Positions 51,354 to 62,078 of a stretch of DNA of 64,000 nt are shown here, in pieces. Under the pieces are notes generated by a model. It saw nothing but the letters and a program-made list of their open reading frames with translations. It had not been told where the DNA came from and made no database searches. The DNA comes from Chiloscyllium plagiosum (Eukaryota), in assembly GCF_004010195.1 (NCBI RefSeq), contig NC_057734.1, positions 44,167,606-44,231,605 of the forward strand, in the 5' to 3' direction. Within the stretch, counting starts at the first letter, position 1; every line of letters starts with the position of its first letter. Made by a program: the position numbers and the translations under genes.

Positions 51354-54300
51354 CTAGAAACGAAAGGCCAAACACTGCTTGTGAGTTCACTTACTCATCT
51401 GAATTATGAACTGTGTCAAACACTTACATTTAAACACCGAATATGTCTGACTCTGAGCTGTAGAGACCTGTACTTGCCATGGGTTTATATTTCTGAGAAA
51501 TTGTATTTGGATACAAATAACATGAGCACGTTCAAGAACATGTACGAAGCCGAATTTCCTTAAACTGCACATGGAAAGCGAAACCTTCTGCCACTCAAAG
51601 TCTTGCTGGAGAAGACCGGAGAGTCTGAACATTGCTGTTGTGACGCAGATACATTTAGTTCGGTTTTTTAAAAAAAGTCTCTGATCATTTTGAGGAACTA
51701 GCTCTCAAAAATCAATCTATATATTGGCAAGGAGGAGTGGTTCTCTGTGAAATAGTACAGAGTCTGACTCTGGGAGGCTGCATGTTGAGATCACTGCAGC
51801 TTCAAACGCTGTGTTCCAGTAAGATTGTGGTCATGACATTCGACGAAGAGGTGAGAGGAGCCCCTTTCAAAATCATGCCCAAAATCATCAATACTGCCCT
51901 TGTTTATGGTGTTTGGGGTAGTTGTGGTGCAGTGGCAATATCTCCTTTCTTAGACTAGCGGACTCAGTTTCTAGTCCCATTCATTCGGGCAGTGTGTAAT
52001 AAACAGACACTCTGCTTGCCGGCAATCAGGGCAATAAAAATGAACAAAGTCTTTTCTATTCCCAGACAAAAACCGAAATTGCTCCGAAAAATCAGGTCTG
52101 GCAGAACTGAGGAAGGGTCACTGGAACATTAATTCTGCATTCTTTCCAAAGGTGCTCCACATTCGGAATCCCCAATACTCACCATCTGACTATTTCCTCA
52201 TGAGCATCCCTTATGTAGGGGTGTGGACAATTTCAGCAGAAAATAGGTTTATACCAAAGGCATGTTATTTCACACCTGACTGCCTTATGACAGAAACTGG
52301 CATCGGTGTAAAATTGCTTAGCCATAGCTCTGTGGACAGACGTCCACTGATATCAAGCAAACATAACTTCCGCCAAATTATAAATTTGCCACACTCTCAG
52401 CCCAATCAGTCTGAATTGATGTGCAGCATAACATTTGTGATATTTATTTCGACTCCAACCTACTTCATTTAAATATTTTATAGATGTACTTTCTGGCGTG
52501 TGCTGATATCTGAGATTGTTGGTCATTTTTGAGGATGTGATATGATCACGAGTCAATTCTGAATTAGAGGAACTTTGCTTCGGATATCCAAGCGTGTCGG
52601 GAATGAAATAAGGTAAAGTGTAATAAGTTAAATTAGAGCTCTGGGATGCAGTATCCCGATGTCTGAGTCCGTGTTCAAATCCTACCTGCTCCCAGCGTCC
52701 ATAAAACACTTCGATGCAAAAATGTCTGCTACAGATTGCATCAATTCAATTTTTTAAAATCAAATACCACTGAACCCTGTGAGAATGGAGTGGTCCTTCA
52801 TGAGGACTGTTCAATTGCTTTGATTGAATCGCCCTGTTGAATTTTATTTGCATCTATAAAAACTTCTGAATATTCCACCACTAGCAATTTCTGAACAAAG
52901 TTGGGCGGAATTATCTGGAGGGGATCATCAGTTGTGTATGGTTATTCCTTTCTCTCGGAGGCTCACGAGTAAGTTACTGAACATCTTTGCATTCTTACGG
53001 TAACCTTAGCAGGAATGTTTTTAAATTGTTTGTGTTAACTCTAAAACTGAGGATGAGTTTTTCGCTATTAATATTTCCTAGCGTAATGTCTTCGACACAG
53101 TAAATCTCAAACTACATTATCCAATTTATCTTGTTTTGATCAATAAAAAAACGTTACCAGGATTACCGTTTCTGAATGGTTTCCCTTCATGTTCCTCAAG
53201 GTTTGAGCAGAGATCGGCTAAAGGCGGGTATTTTACACACTCATGGATTTGGTGTTGGTGTGGGAGGGGTGACATGAGGAAATTTGGAATGTAATATGTT
53301 GGTTGGGTTCTCGATTGGTTCCCGTCAACATGAGCTTTTCCCGGACTGTTCTCCAGCTGTTAATGGATTCCCCCCACCCCACCCCATCCCACTCCCCAGG
53401 TAGCAGTGGGGAATGGAGGGGAGACTTGGCTCCTATTTGGCATAGCAATTCCTTTTTTTTAAAATTGGAGGCGAGCAGACCCCTAAGTCTATATGCCCAA
53501 GGCAAGTTTAGGCGGATCATATGAAGCTTTGTGGGGATCGCTTCAAGATGTAGCTCTCCAACCGCCTCACAACTTTCCTTGAAGGCTGCTCCCATTCCCC
53601 TGCTCCTCACTGATGCTGACTGGATGGGAAATCCATGGGCGCTGGAGTGGGGGCCAAACAAGCGGCCACTTTGCATAACGAGTACGCGGTGCAGCCAGGC
53701 GGGCTGGTGACCCTGCAAAACTAACTTAATCAGTGGTCTTTCAGTCACTGAATGATCCGGGCGGCCGTTTGGTATAGTCGAGGACTGGAAGAGGCTTGGA
53801 ACACGACTGAAAGATCAGTTTACACTTGGTTAAGGAAGACTCGCAGTTCCAACGTGAAAACGAATTTCAGTTTCCAAACACCATCGCAGTTCAGACTACA
53901 GTATTTGGATTTAAACGGTCACATGTTTTTGATTATTGGAGAACATGCTGGGACTCCAAAAAGAAGCTTCAGTAGGTTTTAAAAATATCTGACCTATTAA
54001 ATATATCACATACAATCCAACCTAATATTGAAATTTCAGCTATAGATCGACTTCTGTACTACCACTGGCTCTTAAAATCAATAAATAGCAGTTTTAATCT
54101 GAGTGACAGCATGGGGCTGTTTAGCTAAAGTGACCGATCTGAATGTTGTTTAGGATTACCTTACCATTTGCTGGTGCTAAAACAGTAGCTCGCCCCCGTC
54201 TTCCATTCACACACTGTACATCTCATTCACTACCAGCAATAAATTTGGTTCGTAACAGTGCAAGTCGACCCATAATCACTGAATATGGAAAAAGAGCAAT

Positions 54301-54777
54301 GATGGAAAGAGGGCCCATTCTGAGAACATTGTGTCCTCCAGTTATAAGCTTCCTCTTTAATTGTGTGACAGGGCAGTGCTACCAAAGGGAAACAGGTATA
54401 CAGAGAATGCATTCAACATTGAGTAACTTGTACATAGGGGTCGGTTAGTTCAGTTGCTGGACGGGTGGTTAGCGCAGGTTCAATTTTTGAACAGATCGAG
54501 GTTACCATGAAGGTCCCACCTTTTCAACCTCTCCCCTCACCTGATGCCTCTCAGGTTAAACCAGCACGACCTGTCTCTCTCTCTCTTTCTAATATGTGAG
54601 CCGTCCTCTGGGAGTGTCACTCTTTTTTACATAGAATTGGTTTGTTTGTTTTAACAGCTGGCAAAACAGATTCAGTTTCAGAGGAACAATTTTGTAGGAA
54701 ATTGACAAAAGAAACATTGCATTTAAATTCGGGATCCGAACAAGTAATTTGATTTAGAGGCATAGAGAGGCACTTAC

Positions 54778-55122
54778 TCAGAACATTCAACCTGGTTCCG
54801 CTACCGAAGTACCCGATGTTGCTTTCATCGTATGAGTAACAGTAATAATCGCCAGCGTCCTCTGCCTGCACGTTAGTGATGGTCAAATATCCCACGTTGG
54901 TTGATTCTTCTTCCAGGCCGATAAATCTCTCCGGGATACCCTCGCCTCTGCTATCGGTCCCATACAGGATAAATCTTGGGGCGCTGTCTCGTTTCTGATG
55001 GTACCAAGAAACATAGCTTTCTGAAAGGTCGATTCCGTGGACTGTACAGGTCAGGCGAACAGTTTCTCCAGGTGTTGTGGACTCGGAGGCTGGTTGGACC
55101 AAGCGGACCTCCGCGCTTGTAC
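54778..55122 (-). CDS. IGLV: Ig light chain cluster B, germline-joined VJ exon (lambda-like)
   Basis: Acceptor TTTTACAG|GT. Translation EVRLVQPASES..LTC..WYHQK..DAGDYYC-YSYDESNIGY-FGSGTRLNVL. Donor A|GTAAGT. No RSS or spacer between V and J. Confidence 0.96.
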
Positions 55123-55281
55123 CTGTAAAACAGATAAAACATTTCAAGATTAAAATTCAAACGATAAACATGAACGACGACATTGTGTTCAGATCAAATC
55201 AGACTCTGGATTAGGCGTTTGCTTTAATTTTAAAAATGTTCTTAATGCTAAAGAAATTGCAAATATTTCGACGACACTTAC

Positions 55282-55327
55282 AGGTCAGACCAATTATAAG
55301 CAATAGCAGAGCAAGAGTAACGGCCAT
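55282..55327 (-). CDS. IGL: Ig light chain cluster B, leader exon (MAVTLALLLLIIGLT, phase 1)
   Basis: ACAATGG start context, hydrophobic signal peptide, 46-nt exon ending T|GTAAGT. A 159-bp intron leads to the VJ exon, and the frame is continuous (T|GT = Cys). Confidence 0.92.
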
Positions 55328-55374
55328 TGTGATGGCACGATGAAGCAGGAGTATTCGGATCAGTGAATGTAACG

Positions 55375-55458
55375 TTTTATATCAAAGTCTTGAACAACTT
55401 GAATGGCACCGTCTGATTAAATAGGCAAATATATTGTCCTCCCGACATTGTCGATTGG
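55375..55458 (-). promoter_or_regulatory. IgL cluster B proximal promoter: TATA box, variant octamer (ATTTGCCT), CCAAT box
   Basis: On the - strand: TATAAAA 55375-55381, ATTTGCCT 55423-55430, CCAAT 55454-55458. Spacing is the same as in cluster A. Confidence 0.75.
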
Positions 55459-55692
55459 CCAACCGAGCAGCATCCACGTTCTTGTAACCAATTGCGTCAG
55501 TCACAACAGGAAATTCTCGCGATAGAATTCAACTTGTGCACACTCCCTCCTCCTCAATCAGATAATTCCCTTACATTTTCGCTACGACTTTAACTAAAAT
55601 TCAAAGACTAAAATGTTTCAATGCTCATATTTAGTAAAACCTCACATTTGATCAATGGCTATATTTTAAATCAATTGCCTCATATAATTTAC

Positions 55693-55700
55693 ATTTGCAT
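55693..55700 (+). promoter_or_regulatory. Perfect distal octamer (reverse orientation) upstream of cluster B
   Basis: ATTTGCAT on the + strand. The homologous site in cluster A (16477-16484) reads ATTTGCAG. Confidence 0.4.
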
Positions 55701-58700
55701 TAGGGCCATGTATTTAACAATTTCGTCATTTGAATCAATAAAGTTGATTACTAATTTTAGACTAAATATATCAGCGTTAGTACTGTTTATTCTGTGCTTA
55801 GAATATGCGGTGAGGCACCAAGCGCTATTTTAAACTTGCGGAAAGTGCAAAAGTGCCGCAAATATCCTTTATAGGTAAATTTATAAACTTCTAACTCTTT
55901 ATTTATTTTTTAATCAGTCAGTGCAACTCGTTGAGGGCCCCTCTGTGGAATGGCCGATGGATTGAATTCACTCATCTGAAATATCCAGGATTTAAAAAAA
56001 CATCGTTAGCTTTCTCCATTCCCCCCTTTCTGTTATATTGCTTGAATGCTCCTTTAATTTATACATTTCCAGCAAAAATTGTGTTGCAAAATTTCCGGGC
56101 TTCCAGGCATTGATATTGGTACAAAGGTTAATCCTTTCACGAACTGACCTCGGATCTCGGTGTCATGGGGTAACATTCACAAGATATTGCTCATCAACAT
56201 AGATGTTTCGCTGATATGGAAGAATGTATATTTGATGTTTACTATAGGACATCATTGTGGAAATGGTGCCACTGCAAATTCATTTATGACGAATTTCTAA
56301 ATGTTGTAAATCGAATGTTGACAAAAGATCCATCTTTTGAGTTGAACAAATTGTCGAGTGATTCTCTGCTTTAAGTTGCAGTGCTTGGGACTTGGGTTTT
56401 CTATGCATTCACATTAGCATGGAATAAATTTGGAATTTAAAGGATGCAGCATTAATATCTTTGTAAAGTATGAGTATTTGTGAGGGGTTCATGTTTTGCT
56501 TGCAGTCCTATGCTTAGATGTTGTCTCTGTAACCATTTATAGAACGGGGAATCCCCAAGCAAGAACTACTCAGAGTTAACCAAGGCTGTCTGCATTGCTT
56601 AACTACAGAATAAGCAAATATTGAAGATATGTTTAGTGTTTCTACATATACACGCTGTGACATTGAAGCAGGATATTTTACGTGCATAATGCATGATAAC
56701 ATACTTTTCTAACATTACTTCTTGCACCTTCTATTGTGTAATAAAATTGCACTCAATCATAACTTTTTTGCCATTCATGGTTGAAGTCAATATTGCTTCC
56801 ATTACACGTGTGTTCAATGATAATGCAATGACTCACAAAATAGCGGCTGTATTTTAGCTTTCTCCATTTTCCCTCTTGCTGTTATATTGCTTGAGTGCTC
56901 CTTTAATTCATACATTCATTCACCCACCACTCCCAGCCAAATTTTGTTGTGTAATTAATCTTTGCTGCATTCATTGAATGGCCAGACCTCATCAGACAAA
57001 TGAGCCGACCAGATGACAGAAAGTAATCTACCCATATTTCCACGCAGTTTGTATTCTAAACAGGTCTGATCGAGGGCAAATGACTTTCATGATAGATGTG
57101 GCTTGTCACATTGGGTTAAACACTATAACAAAAGCAAAATGCTGCCGATCCAAAATACAAACAGAAATGCCGTAGAACCTCAGCACGTCTAGTGGCGTTT
57201 CTTGAGGAATAACCAGTTAATGTTTCAATTTCAATGTGTCTCTTCTTCAAATGATTTTTTTAAAGTTCTGAACAGTCCCATGAGACAGGAAACATTAACT
57301 CTGTTTCTCTGTACAGGTGCTGCCAGACCTGCTGAGCTTTTCCAACATTGTGTTTTAAATTTCTGCCAGGAGAGGTGTTTATAAAGCAGATGGGTAAACT
57401 TACCGCACCAGCGAATGGTTTGATGTCAACTTAAGCCAGACTTTGACTTAGGCAATATTGCCTTAACAATGTGATAAAACTCATGAAATACAATACATAT
57501 AGCATATACTTTAGACCCCAAAGATTATCATTCCGATAGTTTTTTTTTGTTATACTATTATTTCAGAATTCTCAAGTTACTTTTTTTGTCACCAATTCGA
57601 ATTCTCTCCACTCCTTATTTTTAATAGTTGTGGGTCTCAATCTGCTTGAATACTCAGGCACTCTGAACGCGGCAATCCCATTATTTTGCTGTGTATTTAC
57701 TAGTTTGTCCTGTTTGAATCATGTAGAACTGGACGATTGTAAAGGGACTCTGGTAGAACCGTTTATTCATTGCAAAGAAATCCGAAACTGAACGCCAAAT
57801 TATCAACGTCAATTCATGAGTAGCGGCCTCTCTCGACAGGATTGTTCACCAAATGTGCTGTCAGTCTTTCCTTTTTTGAGGCGAATAAACCCGGCTTTGG
57901 AAATTTATCGAGCAATTAGAGTCTCCAATCACTAGACCAATTCTCAATACTCTTTTCTAAATCAGGTCCAGTGGTTCAACAACCACTACTGTATGTGAAT
58001 CAGAATTGAACACAATATGGCAGTTGCGGCCCGACGAGTGCTTTATGAAGTTATACCATACGCTCCTTAGTTTTATAATTTTAAGACTCTTTAGAAAGAC
58101 TAGAACCTTGATTAATTTTTAAATGCTTTCTCAGTCTGCCCCGCCACTTTCAACGAATTGTACACATCTACACCCAGGCTCCTGATCGTGTGAAAATATA
58201 TTTTTTACACTTTTTTTCATTACTTTCCCACTTCATTTTCCGAACCAAGTCCATAGCTGCACGCCTTTCTGAATTAAATTGCTTGTGCCTGTGCCCACTC
58301 GTTCCATACCATTTTCACTATTCACAATAATTTCATGGTTTGCGTCTTCAGTACATTTTGGAATTAACGCTGTACACCCAAGCCTAGGACATTGATTTTT
58401 TTTTAAAAAAAGTTATTTAAACAAATTGTCCTCAAACTGAGTGACGTGCCAGGCTTGTTCAGAATCAATCCCGTTGCCATGGTTCTGGAGTTGTGTGCAG
58501 GCCAAGTCAGGTATAAACAGTAGATTTTCTTACCAGAAGTACATAAGTGAACCCAGTGGTTTCTTACAACGCCTTTATATTTTGATGACCATTGTTTACA
58601 GTGTCAGCTTTACTCTGAAAATGTATTTTTCCATCTAAATTTCACGCTGCCACAGTGAGATATGAATTCATAATCCCACAATATGAGCAGGGTCATTGGA

Positions 58701-59571
58701 CCTGATATGTTGATTCTGTTTTCTCTCTACTTATGCTGCCAGACCTGCTGGGTTTACACAGCATTTTGTTGTTTCTACCCACAGCATTAGCCTGGGTCCA
58801 TGAATTACTCAGCAAGTGATTTTACCATTAGTTATTGTCTCCACTCAAAATAAAATCAATAAACAATCATTATACCTTTCTATTTTTTCGGACACATGTA
58901 TTGTATTTTCTTTCATCTTATCATCTCTCTTTTCACAACATGTCAGTTTTTGGGTTCCTGCAAAGATATCCAAAAGCCCCTTGTTACTATGGTGTTAAGG
59001 TTCCACATGTCTACTCCCTTAAGAATGAACTGACTTCCAACAAGGAATTAAATCAAGTTTTCAGATAACATGTACATTTCTATCATGAGAAATAGCTACA
59101 GGAGTAGGCTATTGGATTCCATGAACGTGCTGGATCATTCAGTTGATCATGGCGGATTTGACATTCCTTAAGTCCACTTTCCTGTATTTCCCCAGCCCTT
59201 GATTCACCTACACATCTATTTATCTCAGCCTTATATATAAGAATTCCAAAGTATCACAACCCTCTGAGAGAAGAAAGTCTTCCCCATATGATCTTAAATT
59301 CGCTCCCCTTTATTCTGAGATTATGTCCTCTGGCCTTAGACTCTCCCATAAAGGGAAGCATTCTCTCAGAATTTACCCTGTCAAGGTCCTTAAGAATCCA
59401 ATCAGGGATTTGCTCATAAGAGAATCCTTCCATACAGGTATCAACCTGGTGACAAGAACAGAAATTGCAGGAAAACTCAGCAAGTTTGGCAGCATCTGTG
59501 GAGAGACAGCAGAGTTAATGTTTTGGGTCCAATGACCCTTCTTCATCCAAGTGAACCTTGTCTGAACTGTT

Positions 59572-59903
59572 TAGATTTAGATTAGATTTAGATTTAGATT
59601 AGATTACAGTGTGGAAACAGGCCCTTCGGCCCAACAAGTCCACACCGACCCGCCGAAGCGAAACCCACCCATACCCCTACATTTACCCCTTACCTAACAC
59701 TACGGGCAATTTAGTATGGCCAATTCACCTGACCCTGCACATCTTTGGACTGTGGGAGGAAACCGGAGCACCCGGAGGAAACCCACGCAGACACGGGGAG
59801 AACGTGCAAACTCCACACAGTCAGTCGCCTGAGGCGGGAATTGAACCCGGGTCTCTGGCGCTGTGAGGCAGCAGTGCTAACCACTGTGCCACCGTGCCGC
59901 CCA
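59572..59903 (-). mobile_element. Young full-length HE1-type V-SINE with (AATCT/AAATCT)n tail
   Basis: Near-identical to 46380-46612 in reverse orientation. TAGATT repeats at 59572-59605. Confidence 0.9.
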
Positions 59904-60514
59904 CTGTCTCCAATGAAATTACATATTTCCTTAACTAAGGGGACCAAAACTGCACATAGTACTCTCACCACCATATCATACAATCGCAGTATGATTCCCT
60001 GACCCTCATATTCCAACTTCCTCGAAATAAGGGCAAGCTTTCCGTTTGCCTTCCTGATTACCTGCTGCACTTGTGTACTAGCTTTTTGTGATACAGGTAC
60101 TCCCAAGTCCCTTGTGTTGCAACTTTCTGCAGGTCACCATATAATTAATGCTTTATACTTTTGTTCCTCCTTCAAAATGAACAGTGTCACCTCTTCCTAC
60201 ATTATACTCCAATTACTTAACCTATCAATATCTCTCTGTGAACTGTTTGCATCCACCTAGCAACTTGCCTTTCGACCTGTTTTTGAATTGTCTGCGAATG
60301 TTGCTATAATACATTTGCTTCCTTCCTCCAAGTCATTAATATGCATTGTAACAGATGTCGTCTCAGCATTGGGAGCTGTGGAATTTTATTGGTTACAGGT
60401 TGCCAACCTGAAAAAGAATTTTTCATATCACTTGGTTTCCTGTGGTTATGGACCAGACGAAACCCCCTCAACATATATTATAAGATAGCCTACATCTTAA
60501 CTTCTCCTTAATAT

Positions 60515-60825
60515 GGGGGCGGCACAGTGGCTCCGTGGTTAGCACTGCTGCCTCACAGCACTAGGGCCCCGGGTTCGACCCACACCTCGGGTGATTGCCT
60601 GTGTGGAGTTTGCACATTTCCCCCGTGTCTGCGTGGGTTTCCTCTAGGTGCTCCGGTTTCCTCCCACAGATGTGCAGGTCAGATGAATTAGCCATGCTAA
60701 ATTGTCCATAGTGTTAGGTGCATTAGTTAGAGGGAAATGGATCTGGGTGGGTTACACTTCAGAGGGTCGGTGTGGACTGGTTGGGCCGAAGGGCCTGCTT
60801 CTACATTGTAGGGAAGCTAATCTAA
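60515..60825 (+). mobile_element. HE1-type V-SINE
   Basis: tRNA head, V-domain and CTAATCTA tail. Confidence 0.85.
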
Positions 60826-61689
60826 ATGCAAGTTGCAGGCACTGCAATCAGATGCAATTCAATTGATCAACCCACCAGTCTTGACGAAAAATTCTCTTTG
60901 TTCATTGACTTAACTGTAACTCAATCGAAATGCTTAACAGAATTATATAAAAACTGTATAATTATATAAATTATATAAATAATTAAATATTCCAATATTG
61001 CGTCATCCCATAAACACACACTTGGCAAATGTAAATTCAGTAAAATAGATTTCCTTGCATACAACTCTCTACTCCGGGAGGTAAAAGCTACCATCAGGAG
61101 AAAACTCTGAGAGTGAATTGCAGGGAGAGATGTGCTGCAGCTTCGAAACCCATTTTCAAGATCGCAGCAAAACAAAAACAAATCTTGGTAGTCTGGGAGC
61201 TTGACCCGTCAATTTCAGACTGCTTCTACTATTGCAATTAAATAAGAAGAAAACTCAAGGCCTCACAAGGTTCAGTAAAAAAAAAGGTTTTCGTACGTAA
61301 AGGCCAAGTAAGATTTACACAAAGAGACATGAGCATAGTTGAGACATTCGCATTTGTTTAAAGAGGAAGACGGCCATGGTGAAAGAGAGGACAATTCCAG
61401 CACGTGTTTGGGAATCAATAAGTCTGAACAGGCAGACTGTCATAAGGTTTGATATTTCACTGGACCACTTGTGATACATCCAAGCATACTGAGGGATGTG
61501 AGACTGGAAGTTACTGAAACTTTGGTTATTTCAGTCTTTCTTGGTGTTCAATAGCTGAAGAATCGGAAATGTTCAAAAAAGTTGGAAAAATATACACAGT
61601 AGGGAATCTCCTAGGAACAATAATTAGGGATGAATTTAATTGTTACTTGTGCAAATGTGATTAAATTAGGATAATCTTGGCCCAGACAT

Positions 61690-62078
61690 TCACAAAGGCG
61701 AACTTCCCATCTAGAGAATCCATCTTCCAGGCCCTCTGTCAAGGAATGGCTGCCAGCATTCTTAAAGATCCATCCCACCCTGGCAATGTTTTTCTATAAC
61801 CTCCACCATCGGGGAGAAGGTACAGAAGCCTGAACACACGCACCAGCCAGTTTCGCAACAGTTTCAAACCCACTTTTGTCACAATACTGAATGGACTCAC
61901 AAACTCTTAACATTCACCTTTACCTGTTTCTTTTTTGTTTTTGCTGCTGTTTACCTATTATTTACTTATCTATGCTACTTAACTCTGTGATCTGCCTGTA
62001 TTGCTCGCAAGACAAGACAAAGTTTTGTTCACTGTGTCTCAGTACACGTGACAATAAATTAAAATTAATTCAATTCAG
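61690..62078 (+). mobile_element. Rex1/Babar-type LINE 3' fragment
   Basis: ILKDPSHPGN..PPSGRRYRSLNTRT..FRNSF-like translation and an (AATTC)n tail. Confidence 0.65.

Larger units (their letters stand above)
38507..61595. repeat. Segmental duplication copy B
   Basis: Examples of matching blocks: 180-2650 with 38515-41040, 7560-7960 with 49545-49960, 14770-19190 with 54030-58965, 23780-23925 with 61455-61595. Confidence 0.88.

Noticed and set aside
53233-53748. 171-aa ORF in the J-C intron (and 12816-13220)
   Set aside because: No recognisable domain, the frame is not preserved in the paralogous intron, and it has a non-ATG start.
54617-55147. 176-aa ORF taken as a single-exon protein (also 15552-15884 and 51025-51390)
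   Set aside because: The ORF ends extend into introns. Canonical splice sites define the real exons at 54778-55122, 15560-15904 and 51025-51353.
171-61595. A and B as uncollapsed haplotypes of one locus
   Set aside because: Flank divergence and many copy-specific old insertions far exceed allelic variation.
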